A stretch of 64,000 nucleotides of DNA, from NCBI GenBank assembly GCA_963774275.1, contig CAVZEP010000001.1, forward strand, positions 12,985 to 76,984. The letters are read 5' to 3'. This DNA comes from an uncultured Chloroflexia bacterium. GTDB taxonomy: Bacteria; Chloroflexota; Anaerolineae; Anaerolineales; UBA4823. How positions within the stretch are numbered: the stretch's first letter is position 1; every line of letters starts with the position of its first letter. A program made the translations under genes and the position numbers. The notes beneath the pieces are model-generated. The model was not told the origin of the DNA, ran no database searches, and worked only from the letters and a program-made list of their open reading frames with translations. Below are positions 1-10,821 of this stretch, piece by piece.

Positions 1-1
1 T

Positions 2-2476
2 GTGACCTTCGCATCCATCTTTGTCAATGTGGCAGCTCCAAGTGGAGGAGCCAGTGCGGTAGCATTATTCGCGGACGATGCTGCCAGGCGGGGTCAATCT
101 GCTGCACGAGCCGCAATTGGCTGCCTACTCGTGTTAGTGGCTGACCTTAGCGCATTCCTGGTCCTTCTCGTGACAGGCATGGTTTATCTGTTCACCCAGC
201 ATGACCTAAAAATCTACGAAAGCATTGCGGCAGTAATACTCCTGGTCATCATCGGCGGATTGACCACATTTCTATTGCTCGGTCTGTGGCGACCACAATG
301 GCTGCATGCTTTGCTCGACTGGACCCGACGATTGGTGAACCGCATCGCCCAGCTGATCCGACGCCCAGATTTTCTGGATGATGCGTGGGTCGAACATAAT
401 ACAGCCGAGTTCACAGAGGCAGCCATAGCAATAACCGCCCAACCGACACTCCTTCTACGCACTCTCGGGATCGCTTTTGCGGCTCACCTGGTTGACTTCG
501 CTTCTTTGTTCGTCTTGTTCCTGGCATTCCACCAGAATGTGCATTTCGGCGTGCTTGTGGCTGGCTACGCCATGGGAATCCTGTTTTGGATCGTTTCCAT
601 CACACCGCAAGGGATTGGAGTCGTCGAGGGCATGATGACGCTGGTGTTCGCTTCCCTGGGTATTCCGATTGAACGTGCAACAGTCATCGCACTGGCTTTC
701 CGCGGCCTGACCTTCTGGCTGCCACTGGGCATTGGGTTTATCATGCTGAGACGGTTGAAATCCTTTGGGGCGAGGGATACTGCCCATACCGAAATTTGGG
801 GTGTGCGATTGGTTGCGCTGTTGACCGCCGGGATGGGAATTATCGACGTGCTCTCGGGCCTGACACCGGCTTTGCACAACCGCATGCAGATTCTGGAACA
901 ATACTCACCATTCGGTGTCGATACTGGGGGACATCTGGCTTCGGTTCTGGCTGGGTTCGCCTTGCTGGTGCTTGCCAACGGTCTGTGGAGACGCAAACGC
1001 CTTGCATGGGCGCTTACAGTCACCATTCTGATCGTAACTGTGCCTGTCCACCTGTTCAAAGGGTTGGATTATGAAGAGGCACTCTTGGGAACGGCACTGG
1101 CAATCTGGCTGATCTATCTACGAGCACATTTCCATGCCCACACCGACCCACCTTCCATCCGCCAGGGGGTGATAACCTTAGGGGCAGCCTTGATTTTCAC
1201 AATGATCTACGGTGTACTTGGTTTTTACCTGCTTGACCGTCATTTCACTGTCAATGGACAACCGGTCAGCTTCAGCATCTTGGGGGCAGTACGGCAGACC
1301 GTGGTGATGTTCACACAGTTTTACAACCCAGGCCTCGTGCCGGCCACGCGCTTTGGAGGTTATTTTGTCGGGTCAATTTATACCGTCAGCGCGGTTACGA
1401 TTGGCTATGCCCTGATCATGCTGATCAGACCGGTGCTGGTGCGCCACGGAGCAACACCCGAGGAAAGGCGTAAGGCCAAGGAAATCGTTGAGGCTTATGG
1501 GTGCACCTCACTAGCCCGTATGTTACTCTTCGATGACAAGCAATATTTTTTCAGCCTGGGTGGATCCGTGATCGGATATGTCGTTGAAGGCCGCATTGCA
1601 CTTACCTTGGGTGACCCAATTGGTCCGGCTGAGGATAGCGTGGAGTGCATTGCCAGCTTCAGTACTTTTTGTGCCCTCAACGATTGGGAGCCTGCGTATT
1701 ATCAGGTGCTGCCAATGTACCAGGAAGCTTACCAAAAAGCAGGCTACCATACCCTTTGTATTGGCAGTGAAGCAATTGTAAATCTCTCAGTATTCAGCAT
1801 TGCCGGAGGTGAGAAGAAAAACATCCGTACAGGGATCAATCGGATGAACAAGCTGGGTTATAAGGCAGAAGTGCTCCAACCACCGCACCCACCAGTCCTT
1901 TTGGATGAACTGCACCAGATCAGCGATGAATGGCTGACGGAAATGCACGGGTCTGAAAAACGTTTTTCACTGGGTTGGTTCGATGAGACTTACCTGAACA
2001 GCACTTGGGTAATCGTGATACACAATCCAGCAGGTACGATCGATGCATTTGCCAACATCAACACCGAGTATCAAGCCAGCGAGGTCACCATCGATTTGAT
2101 GCGCCACCGTAAGCAGGCTGAGAAAGGTCAGATGGATTTCCTTTTCGTCTCGCTCATCGAGTGGGCAAAACAGCAGGGCTACACCACCTTTAACATGGGG
2201 TTAAGCAGCCTGGCGGGGATTGGAGAAAACCCATCCGACCCCGCGATTGAAAGGGCATTGCATTATGTATATGAACATGTGAACCAGTTCTATAACTTCA
2301 AAGGTTTGCACGAGTTCAAAGCCAAATACGACCCGATGTGGTCACCCCGCTACCTGGTGTATCCAAGCGCTGCCAGCTTACCAGCCGTCACAATTGCGAT
2401 AATTCGAGCTGATGCAGGGAATGATATTCTGGGAGGCTATCTAAAACATCCAAAAGTGAGGAATATTAGCGCATAA
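2..2476 (+). CDS. mprF: MprF-type aminoacyl-phosphatidylglycerol synthase/flippase (5'-truncated by window edge)
   Basis: Many TM helices with the TPQGIGVVE motif, then a DUF2156 transferase domain (LGDPIG, EKRFSLG, DLMR, FYNFKGLHEFKAKYDPMWSPRYL). Confidence 0.9.
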   Translation: MTFASIFVNVAAPSGGASAVALFADDAARRGQSAARAAIGCLLVLVADLSAFLVLLVTGMVYLFTQHDLKIYESIAAVILLVIIGGLTTFLLLGLWRPQWLHALLDWTRRLVNRIAQLIRRPDFLDDAWVEHNTAEFTEAAIAITAQPTLLLRTLGIAFAAHLVDFASLFVLFLAFHQNVHFGVLVAGYAMGILFWIVSITPQGIGVVEGMMTLVFASLGIPIERATVIALAFRGLTFWLPLGIGFIMLRRLKSFGARDTAHTEIWGVRLVALLTAGMGIIDVLSGLTPALHNRMQILEQYSPFGVDTGGHLASVLAGFALLVLANGLWRRKRLAWALTVTILIVTVPVHLFKGLDYEEALLGTALAIWLIYLRAHFHAHTDPPSIRQGVITLGAALIFTMIYGVLGFYLLDRHFTVNGQPVSFSILGAVRQTVVMFTQFYNPGLVPATRFGGYFVGSIYTVSAVTIGYALIMLIRPVLVRHGATPEERRKAKEIVEAYGCTSLARMLLFDDKQYFFSLGGSVIGYVVEGRIALTLGDPIGPAEDSVECIASFSTFCALNDWEPAYYQVLPMYQEAYQKAGYHTLCIGSEAIVNLSVFSIAGGEKKNIRTGINRMNKLGYKAEVLQPPHPPVLLDELHQISDEWLTEMHGSEKRFSLGWFDETYLNSTWVIVIHNPAGTIDAFANINTEYQASEVTIDLMRHRKQAEKGQMDFLFVSLIEWAKQQGYTTFNMGLSSLAGIGENPSDPAIERALHYVYEHVNQFYNFKGLHEFKAKYDPMWSPRYLVYPSAASLPAVTIAIIRADAGNDILGGYLKHPKVRNISA

Positions 2477-2491
2477 ACTCTCGGAGAGACT

Positions 2492-2875
2492 ATGTCTGAT
2501 AAATCGATCGCGGCCAGACTATTCATAAAACCTGGGTATAAGGTCCTGCTGGTCAACCCGCCAAAGGGGTACCTAGACCAGATGGGTGAGATACCCACAG
2601 GAGTCATCGTCTTGAGCGATTCAAGCTGCCTGGTGGAGGTGATCCAGGTCTTCGTAGTCAATCGAGCAGAATTGGAAGCGGAACTCCCCAAAGTAAAAGA
2701 GCTATTAGCTCCGAAGGGGATGATCTGGGTGACCTACCATAAAGGTACGTCCAAGGTGAAGACCGACATCAACCGGGACTCAATCAACGCCTATGCGCAT
2801 TCGATTGGATTGGAGGGGGTGGCGATGATCTCCATCGATGAGGATTGGTCGGCTCTGCGCCTGAAAGGTATCTAG
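2492..2875 (+). CDS. Conserved hypothetical protein (DUF3052-like)
   Basis: 127-aa ORF with GGAGA RBS; WVTYHKGTSKVKTDINRD and SIDEDWSALR motifs. Confidence 0.7.
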   Translation: MSDKSIAARLFIKPGYKVLLVNPPKGYLDQMGEIPTGVIVLSDSSCLVEVIQVFVVNRAELEAELPKVKELLAPKGMIWVTYHKGTSKVKTDINRDSINAYAHSIGLEGVAMISIDEDWSALRLKGI

Positions 2876-2904
2876 GTACCGCAAGGATCCAGGCTATTCC
2901 ATAA

Positions 2905-3609
2905 ATGGAAGCGACATTTACCTTCATAGGCGAGCTGAATTACTTCCTGCCGCATCAGCGGAAGAATACGACATTCAGCCTGGTTTTTGAAGATCACCAG
3001 ACGCTCAAACACCTGATTGAATCGATGGGTGTGCCGCATACGGAATTCGGGCAAGTGCTGGTCAACGAGCTGCCGGCTGACTCGTCGGATCAGCTGCGGG
3101 AGGGTGACCAGGTGAGCATTTATCCGGCAGACATTACGTTGGATGACGAGCCATATTTTATCCTGGATAACCACCTGGGCCAGCTGGCAACCTACTTGCG
3201 CATGCTGGGGTTCGATAGCCTGTATCGAAACGACTACCAGGATGATGAGCTGGCGCAGGTCTCGAGCGAGCAGGGGCGGGTGCTTCTCACCCGAGACCGG
3301 CGGCTACTGATGCGCAAGGTCATCACGCATGGATACTGCCCGCACCATACAGACCCACGGCAACAAGCGGTGGAGGTTCTGCGGCGCTTCAGGCTATTTG
3401 AGCAGGTGAAACCCTTCCAGCGTTGCCTGCGTTGCAACAGCCCGCTCCAACAGGTGTCCAAGCGCGATATCATCGAGCGCCTGCAGCCATTGACCAAGAT
3501 TTATTTTGAGGAATTCCACCTCTGCCCATCCTGCAACCAGATCTATTGGAAGGGCTCACATTACGGGCATATGCTTGAGATGATCAGCGAGATGGAGCAG
3601 CAGGCTTAG
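2905..3609 (+). CDS. Ubiquitin-like/Mut7-C (PIN) RNase domain protein
   Basis: N-terminal Ub-like KHLIESMGVPHTE; FILDNHLGQLATYLRMLGFD; LLTRDR; Zn ribbon CLRCN...CPSC..IYWKGSH. Confidence 0.88.
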   Translation: MEATFTFIGELNYFLPHQRKNTTFSLVFEDHQTLKHLIESMGVPHTEFGQVLVNELPADSSDQLREGDQVSIYPADITLDDEPYFILDNHLGQLATYLRMLGFDSLYRNDYQDDELAQVSSEQGRVLLTRDRRLLMRKVITHGYCPHHTDPRQQAVEVLRRFRLFEQVKPFQRCLRCNSPLQQVSKRDIIERLQPLTKIYFEEFHLCPSCNQIYWKGSHYGHMLEMISEMEQQA

Positions 3610-3625
3610 TTTATCTAAGGAGGAC

Positions 3626-4585
3626 ATGATGAAAACAAATAGAATTGCACTTTGGATGTTTTTTAGTGCTTCAATCCTGGTATTCGTTGGGGTAATTCTG
3701 GTATCTGCCAAGATTACCACGGTTATGGCGTCGCCACCCATTCTTCTCTCTAAAGAACAGATCTTTAGTTCTCTAGACACCCAATTTATCTTCCTTCCTT
3801 ACGTGAGCAAAGCGAATCCTTCTTCACCAAATGCCATCATCATAGACCATAACAATCGGGACATTGCTCTCATTCCTAATATATGGATCCAAGCTGCCAT
3901 GCAGAACATGATCTGGTCTTACGGCTCCACATCGCATGGTACCCAGCTTTGGGCAGGTGCCGACTACTTAAGCAACTATGTCAACCCTCCCCTTTACAAC
4001 TTCCTCAAAGAATGGATCGTTCCACCTGACCAAGGTGACCCTACTTACCTGCGCATGGGATACAACGATGGTTTTAGCTGGGATGCAACCGCATTCCTCG
4101 ATACTGCGCGTAATATGTTGGATTCGGCTCCACTGGCGAATGCCTTTATGTGGTCATGGTGTGGGGAGATGTCCTGGATAGACGCCAGTGAAGTGCAACA
4201 GTATCTGGATATGATGACCCAGCTCGAAGATGAATACCCACAGGTGCGATTCGTTTATATGACGGGGCACACGGATCGTTATGCCGACCAGGATGTATTG
4301 AATCGCAATAACAACATGGTGCGCGATTACGTCCGCGCCAACAATAAAATCCTTTACGACTTCGCAGATATAGAAAGCTGGCTGCCAGACGGCACACCTT
4401 ACCCGGATATCCCCTCCGATGATTGCCCATGGTGCCAGCCATGGTGCGACAGCCATCCCGGAGCCTGCCCCTCTGTAGAATTTGATTGTGCACATTCACA
4501 CACGCTGAACTGCTTCTTGAAAAGCCAGGCTTTCTGGTGGCTCTCGGCGCGCCTTGCAGGATGGGACGAAACATTAAATCCATAG
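3626..4585 (+). CDS. Secreted hypothetical protein
   Basis: AAGGAGG RBS, N-terminal signal peptide, FIFLPYVSK motif, conserved-looking TSHG, MWSWCG, YMTGH, YDFADIES motifs and a Cys-rich C-terminus. Confidence 0.75.
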   Translation: MMKTNRIALWMFFSASILVFVGVILVSAKITTVMASPPILLSKEQIFSSLDTQFIFLPYVSKANPSSPNAIIIDHNNRDIALIPNIWIQAAMQNMIWSYGSTSHGTQLWAGADYLSNYVNPPLYNFLKEWIVPPDQGDPTYLRMGYNDGFSWDATAFLDTARNMLDSAPLANAFMWSWCGEMSWIDASEVQQYLDMMTQLEDEYPQVRFVYMTGHTDRYADQDVLNRNNNMVRDYVRANNKILYDFADIESWLPDGTPYPDIPSDDCPWCQPWCDSHPGACPSVEFDCAHSHTLNCFLKSQAFWWLSARLAGWDETLNP

Positions 4586-4627
4586 GAGTTATTTCATCTC
4601 GGGATCTCATCAGAGGTAAACAATCTC

Positions 4628-4873
4628 GTGAATTTCCCTTCCGTCTTTCCGGTAAAAGTAATGGGGGCGAATCAGGAGGATTTTGAGAGCCTGGTGTTGG
4701 AGATCATTCAGAAACATGCCTCTATCGCAGCCGGAGGGGCGGTGACCAGCCGGCTTAGCCGGGGAGGGAGGTTTGTCTCGCTGACGGTGCAGATCCAGGC
4801 AGAGAGCCAGGAGCAGCTGGACGCGATTTATCGCGAGTTGAGTGCGCATGAGCGTGTGCTGATGATGCTGTAA
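4628..4873 (+). CDS. DUF493/YbeD family protein
   Basis: FPSVFPVKVMG...SRGGRFVSLTV...QLDAIYRELSAHERVLMML is the YbeD pattern. Confidence 0.85.
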   Translation: MNFPSVFPVKVMGANQEDFESLVLEIIQKHASIAAGGAVTSRLSRGGRFVSLTVQIQAESQEQLDAIYRELSAHERVLMML

Positions 4874-5003
4874 CTGGCCCCGAAGAGAAAGAACACGGAA
4901 TTGCTGATCGAGGTTTTTTACTCGAAGCAACGCGAGTGGGTTCCCGAACGTTGAAGTAAAAAGAAAAACACAAAGGACACAAAGGACACGAAGTAAATAA
5001 TAA

Positions 5004-5049
5004 GTAGGGGCACGAAATCTGGCATGCACTGGCATGTTCGTGCCCCTAC
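5004..5049. repeat. REP-like palindrome GTAGGGGCACGAA...TTCGTGCCCCTAC
   Basis: 13-bp perfect inverted repeat with GTAG/CTAC ends, intergenic between convergent genes. Confidence 0.75.
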
Positions 5050-5071
5050 GAATAAATAAGAGGATACAGGG

Positions 5072-5713
5072 TTACCTTGATGACAGGTGCATGAGGATTA
5101 CTTTTTTTTCTATGATCTCAGCCTGGACCTTGCCGTTGGTGAGTTCGCTTAGGGAAGACTGGAAGGCAGACAGATTTTCAACCCTCATCTGAGCGGTGAG
5201 GGTGACATCAGCGGTAAAGGATTCATCCAAGACCTTGCCATTTTGTTCTGCCACCAGCAGGCGCACGCGTTCCAGGTAGGTGTAGGGAAAGGCCAGCATA
5301 ACGGTGTGGGTGAGTACCTTCTCGGCGCGCGGGACGGCTTCCACCACCAGGCGCACGGCTTCGGAGTAGGCGCGCACCAGCCCACCGGTGCCGAGCTTGG
5401 TGCCGCCGAAGTAGCGCGTGACTACCACGACCACATCCCCCAGTCCGCTGCCGCGCAGGACTGCCAGGGCGGGTCGACCCGCGGTGCCAGAGGGCTCGCC
5501 AGCATCCGTGCAGTGGGCGATCTCGGAATCGCCATGGCCGATGATATACAGAGGTACATTGTGAGAGGCATCATGGAACTCGGCTTTAATGCGCTGGATG
5601 AAGACTTTGGCTTCGACCACGGAGAAGGCGGGGGCGAGAGTGGAGATGAAGCGCGAGTTGGAGAGGGTGAACTCGCGACGGATCTCGTGGGCGGGGACAG
5701 GGTAGGGTTTCAT
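5072..5713 (-). CDS. yigZ: YigZ/IMPACT family protein
   Basis: SRFI, DAGEPSGTAGRP, VVVTRYFGGTKLGTGGLVRAY motifs. Confidence 0.92.
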   Translation of the reverse strand: MKPYPVPAHEIRREFTLSNSRFISTLAPAFSVVEAKVFIQRIKAEFHDASHNVPLYIIGHGDSEIAHCTDAGEPSGTAGRPALAVLRGSGLGDVVVVVTRYFGGTKLGTGGLVRAYSEAVRLVVEAVPRAEKVLTHTVMLAFPYTYLERVRLLVAEQNGKVLDESFTADVTLTAQMRVENLSAFQSSLSELTNGKVQAEIIEKKVILMHLSSR

Positions 5714-5788
5714 GGCAGGGATTATAACTGAGGAAAAAAGATAACCACTAAGAACACCAAGGTCACAAAGGAAATTTTGAGGTTAAAA

Positions 5789-5833
5789 GTAAGGGCGGGC
5801 ATTGTGCCACCTTTGTGCGCGACCAGCCCCTAC
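5789..5833. repeat. Degenerate REP-like element GTAAGGGC...GCCCCTAC
   Basis: Same GTAxGG...CCCTAC frame as 5004-5049 but with an imperfect stem. Confidence 0.5.
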
Positions 5834-5988
5834 AAAGCTGTTAAGCGAATTCGATTGATCATCGAAAGAATTTGACATACCATCAGAATCTGGGATGAGC
5901 CATGTAAGGGATATTCGCGTTTATAATACAGCCAGCTCATGACCCTTACTGGTATTTCCCTAATTGGTTATCTATACGGAGAAAAGAT

Positions 5989-7065
5989 ATGAAACGCCTT
6001 CCCCCCATCTCGCGGCGGACGTTCATCAAGCTGACGGCAACTGCAGCAGCCGCAGCAGCTCTGGCAGGCTGCAGCCCGAAACAGAGTGCAACCGCACCAG
6101 CTGACACTGCGACTACGGTGATCAAGCCAACCATACCACCCAGCCCGACCACAGGGATCGTCCCGTCAGACAGCGCATCGCCTGAAGCCACTCTGGCTAG
6201 AGACCGACCCCACGGAGACGGCCATCCAACTCTGAACCTTCACCGCCTGCCAGCCCTGCCTACCTGGCGGTGGCACACGGACCCGACCCGGCAGCCATCA
6301 CTCGGGCGGCGATTGAGGCACTCGGGGGGATGGCAAGCTTCGTGAGCGCAGGGATACGATGTGATCATCAAGCCCAACATCTGCACCGACTATCACACCC
6401 CTGAATACGCCACGACCACGAACCCGGTGGTGGTGGCGACCCTGGTCAGTATGTGCCTGGAAGCAGGAGCTGGGCGCGTGCGGGTGATGGATTATCCCTT
6501 CGGCGGTACAGCCAAGTCGGCATATTCCATCTCGGGGATTGAAGAGGCAGTGAGAGCAGCCGGTGGCGAGATGCACGTCATGAGCTTCCCCAAGTATAAA
6601 ACGGTGAAGATCCCACAAGCCAGAGACATGACCTCGGTGACCATCTACCCAGACATTTTGGAGACCGACCTGCTGATCAACGTGCCGATCGCCAAGCATC
6701 ACAGCGCCACCAAGCTGACCCTGGGGGAAAAGAACCTGATGGGGGTGGTCCTGGACCGCAATTTAATGCACGCCAACCTCACCCTGCGGATTGCCGACCT
6801 GACCAGCCTGGTCCGCCCCGGCCTCACCGTGGTGGATGCGGTGCGCATCTTGACCAATAATGGTCCGACAGGCGGTGACCTGGCAGACGTCAGGCAAATG
6901 GACACGATCATCGCCAGCCGGGATATCGTGGCGGCGGATGCCTACGCCACAACATTATTCGGCCTGACGGCAGCAGACATTGAATACATCGGGGCAAGTG
7001 CAGCACTCGGACTCGGCACGATGGACCTCGCCAGTATAGACATCCGGGAGATCAACGTGGGATGA
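5989..7065 (+). CDS. Tat-lipoprotein with DUF362 domain (frameshifted near 6200 and 6350)
   Basis: SRRTFIK twin-arginine motif plus LAGC lipobox, Pro/Thr linker, then VIIKPNI...TTNP..V and INVPIAKHH..TKLTLGEKNLMG in a shifted frame. Confidence 0.82.
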
Positions 7066-8580
7066 GCTGGAAAAATTGGCGGCGGGTCAGGCAAGCGACG
7101 CAAATCGCCTTTTTTGCTGTCTATATTATCCTGATCTTCGCGGTGGTGCAACAACGGGCGGCTCCGGCATTGGCGGATATCTTCTTCCGGCTGGACCCGC
7201 TCTCGGCAGTGGGTTCAATGCTCGCCAGCCGAGGGTGGATCCCGAACATGGGATTGGCGCTGGTGACGGTTGGGCTGACCATCGTCATTGGGCGCGTCTG
7301 GTGTGGCTGGATTTGCCCCATGGGAAGCCTGCTGGAGTGGATTTCCTTTCGCAAAGCGCGCAAACGAGCTGCATCCATCTCTGCAAGGCTCCGATGGATA
7401 AAATACTTCCTGCTGGCAACCAGCCTGGCAGCTGCCTTGTTTGGCGGGCTGACATTGCTGGTGCTGGACCCGATTGCCATCTTCACGCGCACCCTGACCA
7501 CGAGCGTGCTGCCGTCTATTTTTTATGCGGTCAATTCCATCGAGAAGGCTTTATATCCAATTAATTTCCTGACCCCTGCCCTGGATGGGTTCGAAGGGTT
7601 GCTGCGCGGCAGCATCTTGCCTGTGGAACAGCCCGCCTTTGCACAAAGCCTGGCGATTGCGGCGTTTTTCTTCAGCTTAATCGCCTTGAACCTGCTGGCG
7701 CACCGCTTCTGGTGCCGTTACTTGTGCCCGCTGGGGGCGCTGCTGGGATTGCTCTCCAAATTCTCGCTGTTTCGCCCGGTGATTGGGTCAAAATGTACCG
7801 CATGCACACGCTGTGCAGTCGTGTGTAAACCCGGGGCGATTGATATCCATGATGAGGATATTCAGATCATGCCATCGGAGTGCACCGTGTGCCTGGATTG
7901 CATGGCCCTCGGTTGCAAACCAGGTGACATCCGCTTCAGCTTTACCCCGAAACCTGCCAAAAAACAGGATTTTGACCTCTCGCGAAGAGAAGCACTCGGA
8001 GCCGTGGCAACGGGAGCAGCGGCTGTGCTGCTCCTGGGAACTGACCTGCGAGTAAGACAGGATAACCCGTGGCGCATCCGCCCGCCGGGAGTGACAGATG
8101 AAAAGACATTTCTATCCACCTGCCTGCGCTGCAGCCAGTGCATGAAAATATGCCCGAGCACGGCACTGCAGCCTGCACTGACCGAAGCAGGCCTGGCGGG
8201 GTTGTGGACACCCATCTTAGTGCCGCGGGTGGGCTATTGTGACTTTGGCTGTACTGCCTGCGGGCAGGTGTGCCCAAGCGGAGCTATCCCGCTGCTCCAG
8301 CTGGAGCAGAAACGCCTGGCGGTAATCGGCAAAGCCAGCATCGACCGGGACCGCTGTTTACCGTGGGCGAGCGGTGTGCCGTGCATCGTATGCGAGGAGA
8401 TGTGCCCCACCCCGCAGAAATCCATCCGCTTGGAAGAAGCTGAAGTAATCGATTCTAAAGGGGGAAACCAGCCGCGTGCAACGACCGTCTGTATACCGTG
8501 ATGTGTGTATCGGTTGTGGTATCTGCGAGCATAACTGCCCGTTGGAAGGCGAGGCGGCAATCAGGGTCTATAACGCCTAG
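7062..8580 (+). CDS. Membrane 4Fe-4S protein (NapH/MauN-like fused to NapG/MauM-like ferredoxin); extra G near 8460
   Basis: GRVWCGWICP and RFWCRYLCP motifs, several CxxCxxCxxxCP clusters, IRPPG motif; the corrected frame ends CIGCGICEHNCP...VYNA* at 8580; ATGA overlap with the upstream gene. Confidence 0.85.
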
Positions 8581-8693
8581 CTTTGGCTTATTAATTGCAA
8601 CCCAATTGTATCTAAATAACACAAAAGTGATAATCAAATTGATGTAGAATATCATCATTGGGAACTTTGCATTGGGTGCTTAAGGAGACGACC

Positions 8694-9963
8694 ATGAATA
8701 AGAAAATCCTGTTCACATGTGTACTACTGGTGATGCTGGCATTGATCGCCACGGGCTGTAAGTTACCTGCGAGCGGCACACCGCCGGCTATTACCACCCA
8801 GGAAGCGGTACAGCCCGGCCCAACCTCAGGTGGAGGCGTGGTGGTAGAGCCAACCAACACTTCCATCCCGCCCACTCCGGTGGTGGTTATAAATACTCCC
8901 CTGCCACCCACACCCGTGATTGTGACAGCCACTTCCGTCCCACCCACAGCGGTTCCGCCGACCCCAGTGCCACCCCCATTCACACCGCCTCCAACAGCCA
9001 GCCGGATTGAGTTTGTTGTCGGAGGCACTTCAGCGGTAGTCAATGGAGAGGTAGATTCCGGGCAGACGTTTTATTATGTACTGCGGGCACTCGGCGCCCA
9101 AACCATGAATGTAAAAATTGCCTCACCCAATGGAGATGTGTACCTGGGGGTGTTCGGTGCAGAGGGCCAGGAATTACTGAACAGCTCAACGCAAAATACC
9201 TTGTGGTCGGGCACCCTGCCCACCACCCAGGATTACTATCTAGGCGTGACTGCAGGTGCGGGACGAAGCAGCTATACACTCACGGTGGATATTCCACCCC
9301 TGGTAACCGGACCGACACCCAACACCACCCCGGTGGCAGGCGCATTCGACCCAGTGGCAATCTTCGGCGTTGCGACCTTTGAGGACAAGATGACCGGGGA
9401 CAATATCAGTGACTGGACCAACCCGACGACAGGGCTGCTGCCAGACACGAAATACATCCACCTTGCGGAGACAGATGACGCGCTTCTACGTGACCGGCAA
9501 GCAGGCAGAATTCACCACCTGGTACTACACATGGCGTGAGCTGACCGACTTTTACTTGCAATCGACCTTTGACTCAGGCAACTGCTCAGGAAAGGACGCC
9601 TATGGTCTTATCCTCCGTGGCCCTGCACACCTGGCGGGCAAGGCTTATGGTTATGTAGTGGCATTCTCGTGTGATGGCCAATATTGGGTCTTCCGGCTGG
9701 ACAGTGCCGACCCCTTCACCACGAAGGAGCTGGTCAGCTGGACGCCTAGCAATTATATTCTGGCAGGTGCGAACAAGACCAACGTACTGGGGATCCAGGC
9801 GATTGGCGATAAGCTGACCATCTACGCGAATGGGCACCAGGTTGCACAGGTGACAGACAGCACTTATGAGTTTGGTCGCTACGGGGTCTTTGTCAATCCA
9901 GAATTGACCACCAATTACACGTATCGAATCGTCCAAATGTCGTATTGGGACCTGGACAAGTGA
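8694..9963 (+). CDS. Pro/Thr-rich lipoprotein with beta-sandwich domains (frameshift near 9480)
   Basis: AAGGAG RBS, IATGC lipobox, PT-rich linker, RIEF..GGTSA PPC-like domain, C-terminal LamG/DUF1080-like domain in the second frame. Confidence 0.72.
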
Positions 9964-9994
9964 GATAATTACAATATTAGACATTTTTACAATA

Positions 9995-10030
9995 AAAACT
10001 AGCTGCGGTCATTCTGGCGCAGCTAGTTTT
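9995..10030. terminator. Intrinsic, probably bidirectional terminator
   Basis: AAAACTAGCTGCG...CGCAGCTAGTTTT 13-bp perfect stem including A/T tails. Confidence 0.8.
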
Positions 10031-10151
10031 GTTTATATTCTTCTTTAGAATCTTTTATACAAATTCTAAGCAAATCTACATTGTAGGTTTAATCATAAAC
10101 TGATAGAGTAGGTAAATCTGATCAAAATCAAGGTTATCGTGAGGCTTCTTT

Positions 10152-10772
10152 ATGGATGAATGGCTTAGCTTAAGCCAGGCTGCGAAATATTTGGGAGTCC
10201 ATCCGAGCACCGTCCGATCCTGGGCGGACCATGGGTATTTACCTTCACAACGCACCCATGGGGGTCACCGGCGTTTCCGCCGTTCAGATGTAGAGATACG
10301 CATGCACACCAGGTATGAGAGATTGACGCCCGAGGCCACCTCGGTATATGCCAGCGTATTACGGAATACGCGGGTACAAATCAGCGAAAGCAACCTGGAG
10401 GCCGAAAAATGGTACCAAAAGATGGGTGATGAAGCCCGCGAGCAGTATCGATTGAGCGGACGGTCACTGGTGCAGGGTCTGATTGGCCATTTGATCACCG
10501 ATGAAGATGGCTTGGAAGCAGAAGCTCGTTCGCTCGGATATGAGTATGCCTCACGCGGCCAGCGGGTTGGACTTTCAAGCGTGGAGGCTGCGCACGCATT
10601 CCAATTCTTCCGCACATCGGTGATGGATGCCATTTTGACTGCTTATGAGAACGCAGATGTACGTTCTCCTCAAATTTGGGCGGATTTACTCCGGAAGATG
10701 AACTCGTTTTCCGATTTAATCATCATCACGTTGCTGGACACTTATGAAGCCATCCAGCATGGAAATCATTGA
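10152..10772 (+). CDS. Excisionase/MerR-like HTH regulator with helical C-terminal domain
   Basis: WLSLSQAAKYLGVHPSTVRSWAD.G.LP..RT.GGHRRF HTH motif. Confidence 0.82.
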   Translation: MDEWLSLSQAAKYLGVHPSTVRSWADHGYLPSQRTHGGHRRFRRSDVEIRMHTRYERLTPEATSVYASVLRNTRVQISESNLEAEKWYQKMGDEAREQYRLSGRSLVQGLIGHLITDEDGLEAEARSLGYEYASRGQRVGLSSVEAAHAFQFFRTSVMDAILTAYENADVRSPQIWADLLRKMNSFSDLIIITLLDTYEAIQHGNH

Positions 10773-10821
10773 TTCGACCCACGGTTGGGATCCAAATTCT
10801 AAATGTTGCAAGGAGAATAAA

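Noticed and set aside
8440-8580. Selenocysteine read-through at premature TGA stops (e.g. 8501)
   Set aside because: The continuation lies in a different frame and is explained by a homopolymer indel; no in-frame TGA at a Cys position was seen.
10152-10300. Prophage or ICE excisionase
   Set aside because: The HTH is fused to a long C-terminal domain, and no integrase, att site or phage genes are nearby.
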